Assembly: GCF_900774055.1 (NCBI RefSeq)
Contig: NZ_CAAGSW010000001.1
Span: forward strand, 39,797 to 79,796
Direction of reading: 5' to 3'
DNA from: Methanococcoides sp. AM1
GTDB lineage: Archaea > Halobacteriota > Methanosarcinia > Methanosarcinales > Methanosarcinaceae
Length of the DNA stretch: 40,000 bases
Both the position numbers and the translations under genes were made by a program. The notes below the pieces were generated by a model, which saw only the letters and a list, made by a program, of their open reading frames with translations, was not told where the DNA came from and searched no databases. The stretch's first letter is position 1, and each line of letters opens with the position of its first letter. Below, piece by piece: positions 10,953-19,117 of the stretch.

Positions 10953-12440
10953 TCAGACCGACCTCTGAACTTTCTCAAACTCATCCTGTATTTCCTGCTC
11001 CGGCTCCTCACCAAATCTGGTAACCAGCCAGATGACAATGCTGGAAAGCACAAATCCCGGTACGATCTCGTAGAGATCGAAGATACCTCCTGTGAGCTGT
11101 TTCCAGACGATAACCGTGGTACCACCAATGAGTATTCCGGCAAGGGCTGCATTCCTTGTCATTTTCTTTGAGAACAGTGAGAAGATGATGGCAGGGCCAA
11201 AAGCTGCACCGAATCCTGCCCATGCATAGGCTACAAGGTCAAGGACAGAACTTTCCGGGTCGAGTGCGAAGTAGTAGGCAAGAAGGGAGATCCCGATAAC
11301 CGTGATACGCCCCATCCAGACAAGCTGCCTCTGGCTGGCATCTGACTTGAATAGCAGCGTGTATATGTCTGTAAAAGCAGAAGATGCCACAAGTAACTGT
11401 GAGTCAGCAGTACTCATTATGGCTGCCAGGATCGCTGCCAGCATTATTCCTGCAACGACCGGGTGGAAGAGGCTGTTGATCATTACCATGAACACGGTCT
11501 CGCTTGTAGCTCCTGCAAGGAACTCCGGGACATATGCCCTTCCCACAAGACCGACGATCACTGCAAATGCGAGGGAGATGGTTACCCATGACATGGCTAT
11601 TGCACGGGACTGTTTTATCTCCTCAGGTTTTTTGATCGCCATGAAACGTACAAGTATGTGTGGCTGTCCGAAATACCCGAAGCCCCATGCCATGAGGGAT
11701 ACGATTGCCATCAGTGAGATCATGGTTCCGTCAGAGCCTGTAAATGGGCTCAGGAGGCTTGGGTCGATGGTCCTTATCATGTCAGTGGTCGAAGTGATCC
11801 CTCCAAGGCCTTTCATGGCTGTCAGAGGCACTAATGTGATAGCAAGGATCATGAGCAGGCCCTGGAAGAAATCAGTCCAGCAGACCGCCATGAATCCTCC
11901 CATGAAAGTATAGAAGATGATGGCAAGCACTCCGATGGTAAGCGCTGTGACATATTCGCCCCCGAAGACCGTGCTGAAAAGCTTACCGCCAGCAACGAAA
12001 CCGGAGGATGTGTAGAAGAGGAAGAATATCAGGATGAACAGGGCTGAGATCGTTCTCAGGAGTTTGCTCTTATCGCGGAAACGGTTCTCGAAATACACCG
12101 GGATTGTGAGGGCATCACCTGCTTCCGTTGTGTATTTTCGAAGCCTCTTGGCAACGAACTTCCAGTTAAGGTATGTTCCGATTCCCAGCCCAAGGGCGAT
12201 CCATATAGCTTCCATTCCTGCAAGGTATGCATAGCCGGGTAATCCCAGAAGCAGCCAGCCGCTCATGTCTGATGCTTGGTAACTTAAAGCGGTTACCCAT
12301 TTGTTCAGTTTCCTGCCACCAAGAATATAATCGGACAGGTTCTCGTTTCTCTTATAATAGTAAAAACCGATCGTTAGCATAAAAAGCAGATATAATGCAA
12401 TTACAATCGCAACACTCTGGTTTCCGGATATAATTTCCAT
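10953..12440 (-). CDS. putP: Sodium/proline symporter (SSS family), PutP-like
   Basis: Long colinear similarity to E. coli PutP as I remember it (DYILGGR, ASDMSGWLLLGLPG, FYTFMGGFMAVCWTD, GYFGQPHILVRFMA, AILAAIMST, AYAWAGFGAAFGP, MTRNAALAG, LYEIVPGF). I prefer the start at ATG 12440 (MEIISGN...) to the track start at 12545. Confidence 0.85.
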   Translation of the reverse strand: MEIISGNQSVAIVIALYLLFMLTIGFYYYKRNENLSDYILGGRKLNKWVTALSYQASDMSGWLLLGLPGYAYLAGMEAIWIALGLGIGTYLNWKFVAKRLRKYTTEAGDALTIPVYFENRFRDKSKLLRTISALFILIFFLFYTSSGFVAGGKLFSTVFGGEYVTALTIGVLAIIFYTFMGGFMAVCWTDFFQGLLMILAITLVPLTAMKGLGGITSTTDMIRTIDPSLLSPFTGSDGTMISLMAIVSLMAWGFGYFGQPHILVRFMAIKKPEEIKQSRAIAMSWVTISLAFAVIVGLVGRAYVPEFLAGATSETVFMVMINSLFHPVVAGIMLAAILAAIMSTADSQLLVASSAFTDIYTLLFKSDASQRQLVWMGRITVIGISLLAYYFALDPESSVLDLVAYAWAGFGAAFGPAIIFSLFSKKMTRNAALAGILIGGTTVIVWKQLTGGIFDLYEIVPGFVLSSIVIWLVTRFGEEPEQEIQDEFEKVQRSV

Positions 12441-12662
12441 GACTAATGTTCTCCTGTGGGTATTTGTCTTTGGATTGGCCCTAGATACAATTTTTCCGTT
12501 ATTAATGTTATAATTTTTCAGTAAAGCATTAAAATCCTTGAACAACGACTGTTTTGCAAAGCGATTCTGCTCTACATGATCTATACTTTCGAAAGGTGTA
12601 TAGAATAAGAAGTGGATTCATCAAAGAACTGAAGGGGATCTGGATGCATCTGCCCCCGTTTA

Positions 12663-13619
12663 TTAGTTCAAATATACTCCGGCACCGAGCCACCAGGTAT
12701 CATCGACCTTTTGGACGTAGCTCATCTTGGGTTCAAGGGTCATATTGTGGGCCGGGTTGTAGTAATGGTAGAAGATGAAACCGCCGCCTTGCTGTGCCAG
12801 AAGGATCTCGACATGGGTGTAATTTACGCCATAGGGATCCTGAAGCCCGGAAAGATCGGTTCCAATCAACTGGGGCTGATAGGGGAGCGCCAGGGTCGTT
12901 CCATTATGATCGAAGGCGTAGATGTAGAGATTATCACGTACAAACGTACCGTTCTGGTCATTGAACTCCGCGATCGCGGCATCCTGTCCGTTCGTATGGG
13001 CATACTCAATCGCTTCCCCTACAAAGGATTCCAAGCTCTCTCTTACCTGGGGATCTGTGCCCGTCCTCACGACCGGCGAATCCTCCTGCGGATCGTAGAT
13101 GCCGGCTCCGATGAACCAGCCCTCGTCCACCATCATCACGTAGCTGAGTTTCTGTTTGACCGTGAAATTATCTGCAGGGTCTACATAGAGATACCGGGCG
13201 AAGCCGCCGTCGGACTGTGCGGTGGTTGCCATATCCTGGATAAATGCGGTGCCGTTCGCATCAGTAATGTTCCAACGTTTCGTCCCGATTATCTCGGGCT
13301 GGAATGGAAGGGCCAGTGTGTTGCCCTCGGTATCGTAGGCGAAGATATAGAGTTCGCCGTCAACGAACTGGCCAGTCTGGTTATTGAATTCCCGTAGAGC
13401 GGCTTCCTGTCCGTGGACGTGCGCATATTCATAAGCTATCTCTACGAATGCTACAAGCTCTCCTGGAGACACGGTGGAACTGGGAGCTAGGGACAGTGCA
13501 TTGGTCGGCGTAGCTTCCGATTGGTTCTGAGGAAGAGTTGTATCGGTGTCCGTACAGCCGGCACCAAGGACAGTTATCAGTACGAGTGTAACAGTAAAAA
13601 GGATTGTAGAAGTTCTCAT
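12663..13619 (-). CDS. Secreted lipoprotein with two tandem Cache-like (sCache_2-type) domains
   Basis: Signal peptide plus lipobox (LGAGC). The two halves are internally repeated (AYEYAHVHGQEAALREFNNQTGQFVDGELYIFAYDTEGNTLALPFQPEIIG... and AIEYAHTNGQDAAIAEFNDQNGTFVRDNLYIYAFDHNGTTLALPYQPQLIG...). No TM or output domain is present. Confidence 0.7.
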   Translation of the reverse strand: MRTSTILFTVTLVLITVLGAGCTDTDTTLPQNQSEATPTNALSLAPSSTVSPGELVAFVEIAYEYAHVHGQEAALREFNNQTGQFVDGELYIFAYDTEGNTLALPFQPEIIGTKRWNITDANGTAFIQDMATTAQSDGGFARYLYVDPADNFTVKQKLSYVMMVDEGWFIGAGIYDPQEDSPVVRTGTDPQVRESLESFVGEAIEYAHTNGQDAAIAEFNDQNGTFVRDNLYIYAFDHNGTTLALPYQPQLIGTDLSGLQDPYGVNYTHVEILLAQQGGGFIFYHYYNPAHNMTLEPKMSYVQKVDDTWWLGAGVYLN

Positions 13620-13995
13620 AAATAAGAATTAGAGTTTCTATTAATAAAGATTAGGTTTTTTCAAGATTGCTCCAGAATTTCAGTCATAATCTTCTTACAA
13701 TCACCCCTTTCCCCTGCTTCCACATCGTAATATGTTTTAACGTTGAATGCAATATATTGAATGAGAGTGGGAGTTGTAGAAAACAAGGCGATTTTTGGAA
13801 CTTGTGGGGAATCCACAGGGCAAAATCGAGAACGTGGCGAATTGAGACGAACAAACAGTTGCATTGGGTCTGCAATGCATCGGTTGAAAGTCTGCAGAAC
13901 CCTACGAATTTTAGTCGTGGGAGCAGTCACGAGATAATGACCCAATAAGTCGTATTTGTTTTCTAAGAACATGTATGTTATAGGAGTGTTGCGAC

Positions 13996-14580
13996 ATGAT
14001 CGAGCTGAAGAAAGTAATTTGCGTTCTATTGGTCCTTGTAATGTTCTTCGTAGTTGCAGGGTGTGTGCAACCAGATGATACTGGTGAAGGACTAGATGAT
14101 ATTGATGAAGACGAACAAGGCATAGTTGAGGAACAGAATGAACTGGCTTCCCAAAGAGAATTTACGGTCTCACAGGTCAATTTAGCCGTTGAGCTAATCG
14201 AGGAGGAAGGAGAGCAAGCCTTCCCACAGTTCAGGGAGAAGAGCAATCAGTGGTTCCATGATGATTTCTACATTTTCGTCTGGAGAACTGATGGAATACG
14301 TGTGGTATATCCACCTGATGTCAGCGGTGAGGGGGAGGATGTGAGCAATCTTGAAGACTTCAACGGTAAACCAATAGGCCAGATGTTCATAGACATGGCC
14401 CAGAGCGAAGAAGGAGAGGGCTGGATTGATTACTACTGGCCAAAACCCGATGAGATCGAGCCTTCAATGAAGCACACCTTCATCAAAGTGGCATCCTTTG
14501 ATAACCAAACCTATATTGTGGGATCAGGGTTCTACGTTGATGACTATATCTATACCGAGACTCTTGAAGACGTTAATTAA
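13996..14580 (+). CDS. Secreted lipoprotein with a single Cache-like domain
   Basis: Signal peptide plus lipobox (VVAGC), an acidic linker, then a Cache-like core (FHDDFYIFVWRTDGIRVVYPP...GEGWIDYYWPKP...KHTFIKV...YIVGSGFY). It is divergent from the double-Cache gene. Confidence 0.7.
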   Translation: MIELKKVICVLLVLVMFFVVAGCVQPDDTGEGLDDIDEDEQGIVEEQNELASQREFTVSQVNLAVELIEEEGEQAFPQFREKSNQWFHDDFYIFVWRTDGIRVVYPPDVSGEGEDVSNLEDFNGKPIGQMFIDMAQSEEGEGWIDYYWPKPDEIEPSMKHTFIKVASFDNQTYIVGSGFYVDDYIYTETLEDVN

Positions 14581-14667
14581 ACCCGCTATGGAAACATATC
14601 CGTTGGATATCTCATCCACCCAGCAAAAGTTGACTGGGATCTGGGTATAGATTACAGCTTTACACAT

Positions 14668-14931
14668 GTGATAATCGATGCAGGGCAGTCGATTGAACCT
14701 CACATAATGAAGAAAACCGAGGTATACTATGTTCTTGAAGGTGAAGGTGTGCTCTACATAGAAGATGTGCCATTTGAACTGAGTAAAGGAAAAGTTGTCC
14801 ACATACCTGCAAACTCAAAGCAGTACACGGAGAGCACTGGGGATGTTGACCTTGTGGTCTTTGTTATAGACCAATCTGCCTGGGCAAAAGAAAATGTCTT
14901 CTCTTTTGTTCCGTTTTTTACTTTTTTTTAG
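14668..14931 (+). CDS. Cupin-domain protein, probably N-terminally disrupted
   Basis: Cupin core (GQSIEPHIMKKTEVYYVLEGEGVLYIED...VHIPANSKQ). The same frame is open upstream to 14581 (..VGYLIHPAKVDWDLGIDYSFTH) with no ATG/GTG/TTG. The only nearby ATG (14588) is in another frame and stops after 20 codons. Confidence 0.4.
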   Translation: MIIDAGQSIEPHIMKKTEVYYVLEGEGVLYIEDVPFELSKGKVVHIPANSKQYTESTGDVDLVVFVIDQSAWAKENVFSFVPFFTFF

Positions 14932-15165
14932 GAAATCCGATTGTAACTAATACTGCAATCCACAAGACAACAAATTCCAATGAAACAAAAACCGTCATTA
15001 TAGCTGGTACAACAATAACCAGGATGAAAGCATCAACTGTAAGTTCTAAAGTGAAACCGTTTCGTCAACAAATCCGCCGACATCTATTCTGTTGTTTTTG
15101 ACCTAGGCAGAACCATTAATTTGATATCTCCACTTAAGATTAAAAAATATTGGTGAAGAGCGCCT

Positions 15166-15540
15166 TCATATTAATCGATTCTTATGTTCAAATCCTGGGC
15201 ACCATATTGGAGATTTATGGGATTCAACTGTTTCATGTTTGATTAAACGATTCAACCTGTTACACGTATACTCATATCCCCTTTCGCTTGGGAAGTCGTT
15301 CCAGCATTTAAAATGTTCACATAAGGTGCAATCGTCGCGTTTTAATTCAGGGTCATGGTAGTCTTCCCATTCTCCACACCACGTATCGATATCAGTTTGA
15401 GGGAATCCCTCAAGGAAGAGAGTATGCTTCCGGCACTCTCCTTTAGCTGATTCCGAATTTACATCAATTAGTACCCAATTTTTGCAATATAAGCATTTTT
15501 TTATTGAATCCATACTACCACTTTTATACAAACTTCTCAC
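15166..15540 (-). CDS. Cys-rich small protein, unknown function
   Basis: 124-aa ORF with several CxxC/CxxxC pairs (CLYCKNW, CTLCEHFKCW). Its 3' ~145 nt are duplicated in inverted orientation at 17734-17881. The start may be the internal MDSIKK at 15513. Confidence 0.45.
   Translation of the reverse strand: MRSLYKSGSMDSIKKCLYCKNWVLIDVNSESAKGECRKHTLFLEGFPQTDIDTWCGEWEDYHDPELKRDDCTLCEHFKCWNDFPSERGYEYTCNRLNRLIKHETVESHKSPIWCPGFEHKNRLI
15217..15365. repeat. Inverted duplication, arm 1
   Basis: Its reverse complement matches 17734-17881 with only scattered mismatches (e.g. cgttttaattcagggtcatgg and ttcaactgtttcatgtttgattaaacgattcaac). Confidence 0.75.
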
Positions 15541-15570
15541 TCATATAAAAATATTTATACTAATGCCGAT

Positions 15571-15780
15571 TCAGTGCAACACTGCATAAGACAAGAACTT
15601 CTTCTTCTGCATCAACATGCTTGCAGCACCACTCAATGCATCAACCTGATCATCCTGAGCTCCTTCAGAGAACTGTTCAAGCTCTGCCAGAAAAGCATTA
15701 ATCCAACTGTCCTTAACAAGCTTGAAATTTCTGAAGAGATTCTGGATATAAAAATGATTTTTTGCCATCAATGAATGCAT
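15571..15780 (-). pseudogene. Remnant of a phage/provirus terminase large subunit C-terminus
   Basis: The 69-aa ORF ends ...WINAFLAELEQFSEGAQDDQVDALSGAASMLMQ, matching the conserved extreme C-terminal motif (hDDxVDAL) of terminase large subunits (psiM2 ORF9-type C-terminal domain). The N-terminal ~400 aa are absent, since a PRTase gene starts on the other strand right there. Confidence 0.5.
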
Positions 15781-15826
15781 GGTTGAAACGAAGTATAAAT
15801 ATCAATATTCGAAACATTTTTACAGA

Positions 15827-16552
15827 ATGGAAACTAATTTTATATTTATGGTAGTTGTGAGCAGATATCCACCTGCTGATCGTACCTCTTTTAAATGCGA
15901 TTTGATGGGTTTTGGGGAAACATATAACCTTGCTAAGATACTTGCCAAAAAAATAAGAGATTCAGGGGATTTGCCTGACATAATAGTTGCTATAGGTAGA
16001 GGTGGCTATGTACCTGCCAGGTTAATATGTGATTTTCTTCTTTTTGATGACCTGACAACAATAAAGATCGAGCACTACAAAGGGGCCGCAGACATTCAAG
16101 AGATGGCAACGCTCAAGTTCCCAATCTCTGTTGATATTCATGATAAAAAGATCCTTGTTGTGGATGATGTTACAGATACGGGTAAAACACTAAGTCTTGC
16201 TGTAGAATATCTGGAAAGCCTTAAGCCAGCAGAGATCAAAACTGCAGTTCTCCAGCACAAAATATGTTCGGATTTCGTGCCGGATTATTATGCTAAAAAG
16301 GTTGTTAAATGGAGGTGGATAATTTACCCATGGGCTGCTTACGAAGATCTTGCAGGATTTACCGAAAATATAATTGCTGACAGGACTTTAACCCCTAAAC
16401 AAATTTGTAATGAATTTGATGCCTGCTACAGTATAACTATAAAAGGATCTGATCTGACAAAGATACTTGAAGACTTGAATGAAAGGGGACGCATAGAGTG
16501 CATTGATGATAAAAGGAAGATGCTATGGAGAAAAGCAAACGTTTCGAAATAA
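15827..16552 (+). CDS. Purine phosphoribosyltransferase (type I PRTase, hypoxanthine/xanthine-guanine type) with a C-terminal extension
   Basis: PRTase motifs (DIIVAIGRGGYVPARL and the PRPP loop ILVVDDVTDTGKT). The start is uncertain: 15779, 15827 and 15848 are all in frame. Confidence 0.75.
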   Translation: METNFIFMVVVSRYPPADRTSFKCDLMGFGETYNLAKILAKKIRDSGDLPDIIVAIGRGGYVPARLICDFLLFDDLTTIKIEHYKGAADIQEMATLKFPISVDIHDKKILVVDDVTDTGKTLSLAVEYLESLKPAEIKTAVLQHKICSDFVPDYYAKKVVKWRWIIYPWAAYEDLAGFTENIIADRTLTPKQICNEFDACYSITIKGSDLTKILEDLNERGRIECIDDKRKMLWRKANVSK

Positions 16553-16711
16553 GCCGTAGCTAAGTGTATTACACGTCCTTTGATGTGTATAAAATAGAGT
16601 TCTTTAAGGTCTATGTTAATTGCTGTGCCAATTTATGTAAACCCCGTCCTTTTAGGACTCACGTCACTCCTTTTTCTTCATGATTTGATATTCTTATTTT
16701 AGTGTTTTATA

Positions 16712-17638
16712 TCATCCGATGTTGGAAAGTTCCCACCCGAAATGTTCCCTGATGATAGTGTAGGCCATCTGTGGGGGGAATGCTCCTACCTCTGTTATTA
16801 TCATGTCAATGTATTCGGCAGGTGTTATGTCGAATGCAGGATTTTTGACTTTCACATTTGGCATTTCTGCAAGAACCTTTGGATCAATGACTTCATCTGC
16901 TGACCTTTCTTCGATATCTATCATGTCACCAAGTATCGTGTTTGGGATGAACTTGAAAGTTTCAGCAACGCTTAGAACATTCTTCCTTGCTTCGTGTGCA
17001 GCATGGGCCAATTGTGATGTTCCTACCTTGTTTACAAGAGCACCATTGAACGTTATTGCATCAGCTCCAACTATTACGGTATCAACCTCTTTCATGAAGT
17101 ATCTGACTGCAGAATCCACGATCAATGTGGTGGGAATGCCGTAATCGTTCAGTTCCCTTATGGTAAGGAATCCCTGTCTTCTCGGGCGTGATTCGGTTGC
17201 TATGACCGAGATGTCCTTGCCCTGCTTGAAAGCAGTAGATATGACCGAAAGTGCTGCATGGGAATTGGAGTGTGTCATGATAACGTCCCCGTCATGTATC
17301 CTTTTAGCACCGATCTTTCCCATTTTATCAAGAGCTTCTCCTGCATGATTGAGGAACATATCCGCATTCAGGACTATTTCCTCCCGTGCTCCTGCTACAT
17401 CATCAGAATAATGACGTTTTGTGATCTGCACTGCATTTGAAAGGGATACGGCGGTAGGCCGTGTCTGGATAAGGACATTTGCAGCCTCATCCACTTTCCT
17501 GTTGAAATCCGTTATGTTAGTAACCTTGAGGCTCAGTACGTAATCACGAAGTGCAGCAGAGGCGGCTTTGGCGGCCCTTCCTGCTCCACATATCTCCATT
17601 GTCCTTATTTTTTCTGCGGTGTCAAGTAATTGCTGCAT
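16712..17638 (-). CDS. Ribose-1,5-bisphosphate isomerase / eIF-2B alpha-beta-delta family protein
   Basis: 308-aa ORF typical of the archaeal e2b2 family (ICGAGRAAKAAS..., THSNSHAAL, VIVGADAI..NGALVNKVGT, NPAFDITP). Confidence 0.85.
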   Translation of the reverse strand: MQQLLDTAEKIRTMEICGAGRAAKAASAALRDYVLSLKVTNITDFNRKVDEAANVLIQTRPTAVSLSNAVQITKRHYSDDVAGAREEIVLNADMFLNHAGEALDKMGKIGAKRIHDGDVIMTHSNSHAALSVISTAFKQGKDISVIATESRPRRQGFLTIRELNDYGIPTTLIVDSAVRYFMKEVDTVIVGADAITFNGALVNKVGTSQLAHAAHEARKNVLSVAETFKFIPNTILGDMIDIEERSADEVIDPKVLAEMPNVKVKNPAFDITPAEYIDMIITEVGAFPPQMAYTIIREHFGWELSNIG

Positions 17639-17733
17639 AAAGATACATTGGGGGTGAATGCATTTATATGTATTTGGTTATGTGCCGGGCTTCAATCCTG
17701 CATGCGTTTTCGACGTAGTGTGGTAGTATCAGT

Positions 17734-17881
17734 AGAATGCCATGACCCTGAATTAAAACGCGACGATTGCGCCTTATGTGAACATTTTAAATGCTGGAAC
17801 GACTTCCCACGCGAAAGGGGATATGAATATACGTGTAACAAGTTGAATCGTTTAATCAAACATGAAACAGTTGAACCCCAT
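17734..17881 (+). pseudogene. Inverted duplicate of the 3' part of the 15166-15540 gene (arm 2)
   Basis: Encodes HDPELKRDDCALCEHFKCWNDFPRERGYEYTCNKLNRLIKHETVEP, against HDPELKRDDCTLCEHFKCWNDFPSERGYEYTCNRLNRLIKHETVES in the full gene. It lacks the N-terminal half. Confidence 0.65.
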
Positions 17882-18022
17882 CTTCTTCCTTGTTAGCCAT
17901 CCCTCTCTCCAATACAATAATTGCAAAGATTTATTTGTGTATTTGTACAATTATTGTATATGTATATTCAGTGGGGTTCTGGAATATGTTAACATTAATC
18001 GAAGATAAAAGAGGGATATTAA

Positions 18023-18607
18023 ATGGAATCTAAAAGGGATTCTTTATCAACGCATCTAAGTATCTTTTTGATTCTGGTCCTTGTCAACACACTCATTTCA
18101 AGGTTTGCAATTGTCAATTCTCCAATATCTCCGACTCCGGGTGTATCCGGAATATATTTTGCGGCGGCTTTCATGATCGCTTTTGGGCTGTGGTATGGAA
18201 TGTGGGGTGCTCTATCTGCTTATCTGGGCTGCCTGATAGGTGCAGGAACTCTTGTCGACATGCCTTTTTCACTAAACATAATATGGTCTCTTGCAGATTT
18301 CTGGCAGGTTCTTATACCGCTTATAGCTTTCATTTCACTGGGCGCTGATATCACTCTGAAGACACGGAGGGATGTAGCCATTTTTCTTGTGTTCGGACTT
18401 TTCCTCAATAATCTAGTGGGTGCTGTATGGGGTTCTTCCGTACTTGTTGCCGGGGGAATTGTCCCATGGTCTGAATACAGGATTGTTTTCCAAGGATGGT
18501 TCATTGGCAATCTGGTTGTTACAATCCTCATAACGCCTCTTCTGCTCAGGTTCGTAACTCCTTATCTGAGTAATACAAGATCATATATCAGGGGTTACTG
18601 GAGCTGA
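18023..18607 (+). CDS. Polytopic membrane protein, unknown function
   Basis: 194-aa ORF with about 5-6 hydrophobic helices and no recognisable motif. Confidence 0.55.
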   Translation: MESKRDSLSTHLSIFLILVLVNTLISRFAIVNSPISPTPGVSGIYFAAAFMIAFGLWYGMWGALSAYLGCLIGAGTLVDMPFSLNIIWSLADFWQVLIPLIAFISLGADITLKTRRDVAIFLVFGLFLNNLVGAVWGSSVLVAGGIVPWSEYRIVFQGWFIGNLVVTILITPLLLRFVTPYLSNTRSYIRGYWS

Positions 18608-18818
18608 TGCCTTTATTCTCTAAAAAAGAAAAGTAAACACTCCACAACCCTCTTTTTAGGAGGCACAAATATAGAAGTCACCCAGCTTCACTTCGAAACT
18701 CTCCAACCTTTCCATCACATGAGCATTGAGAGCATCTACCTTGTAGAACCTCTTTGCCAATTCAACTTATTACTCACTAACGTTACCAAATTTGTCTATC
18801 AAGCAACCTAGTAAAGAA

Positions 18819-18916
18819 CCCGCCGAGTCCAGTAAGAAACTTTAGATAGACCTAGATAGATGTCGATTTTCTGCAAGAATTGAGTATATAATTCTCTGTC
18901 TTTTTTGTACTTAACC
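18819..18916 (+). repeat. Direct repeat copy 2 (attR-like): partial tRNA-Ala 3' end (13 nt) plus 85 nt
   Basis: See 10184-10281. The tRNA body upstream of the 13 nt is absent here. Confidence 0.75.
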
Positions 18917-19013
18917 TCAGTGGTAATTTGCGTGGTTCTGGTCAGAAAAAAAGCTGCCCTACATCAGCTGGGAGAATTGAGTTAGGCAGCACTTGTATTT
19001 TGTCGAGGCGTGA

Positions 19014-19074
19014 GGTTCGAATCATACACCCCGCATTTTAAGAAGGGGATATAGGTAACGATGAAAAACGGAAC
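19014..19074 (+). repeat. Pseudo-tRNA-3'-end / TIR-like unit A (paralog of the casposon target site)
   Basis: ggttcgaat-catac-accccgc-a-ttttaagaa-ggggatataggtaacgatgaaaaacggaac is colinear with the reconstructed empty target (19099-19129 joined to 33948-33977) and with the T-loop-to-trailer part of tRNA-Ala. Confidence 0.45.
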
Positions 19075-19117
19075 TTTTATAAATTTTTGATTTCCATAGG
19101 TTCGAATTTTACCCCTC

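Larger units (their letters stand above)
10197..18818. other. Accessory islet between the tRNA-Ala direct repeats (possible decayed integrated element)
   Basis: Bracketed by the 98-bp direct repeat. It contains a phage terminase C-terminal remnant, an inverted segmental duplication and about 650 bp of ORF-poor DNA next to the tRNA. No integrase is recognisable. Confidence 0.35.

Noticed and set aside
13661-13972. Three mutually overlapping 63-103-aa ORFs in the divergent Cache-gene intergenic region.
   Set aside because: They conflict with one another and lack motifs. The region is more plausibly a shared promoter region.
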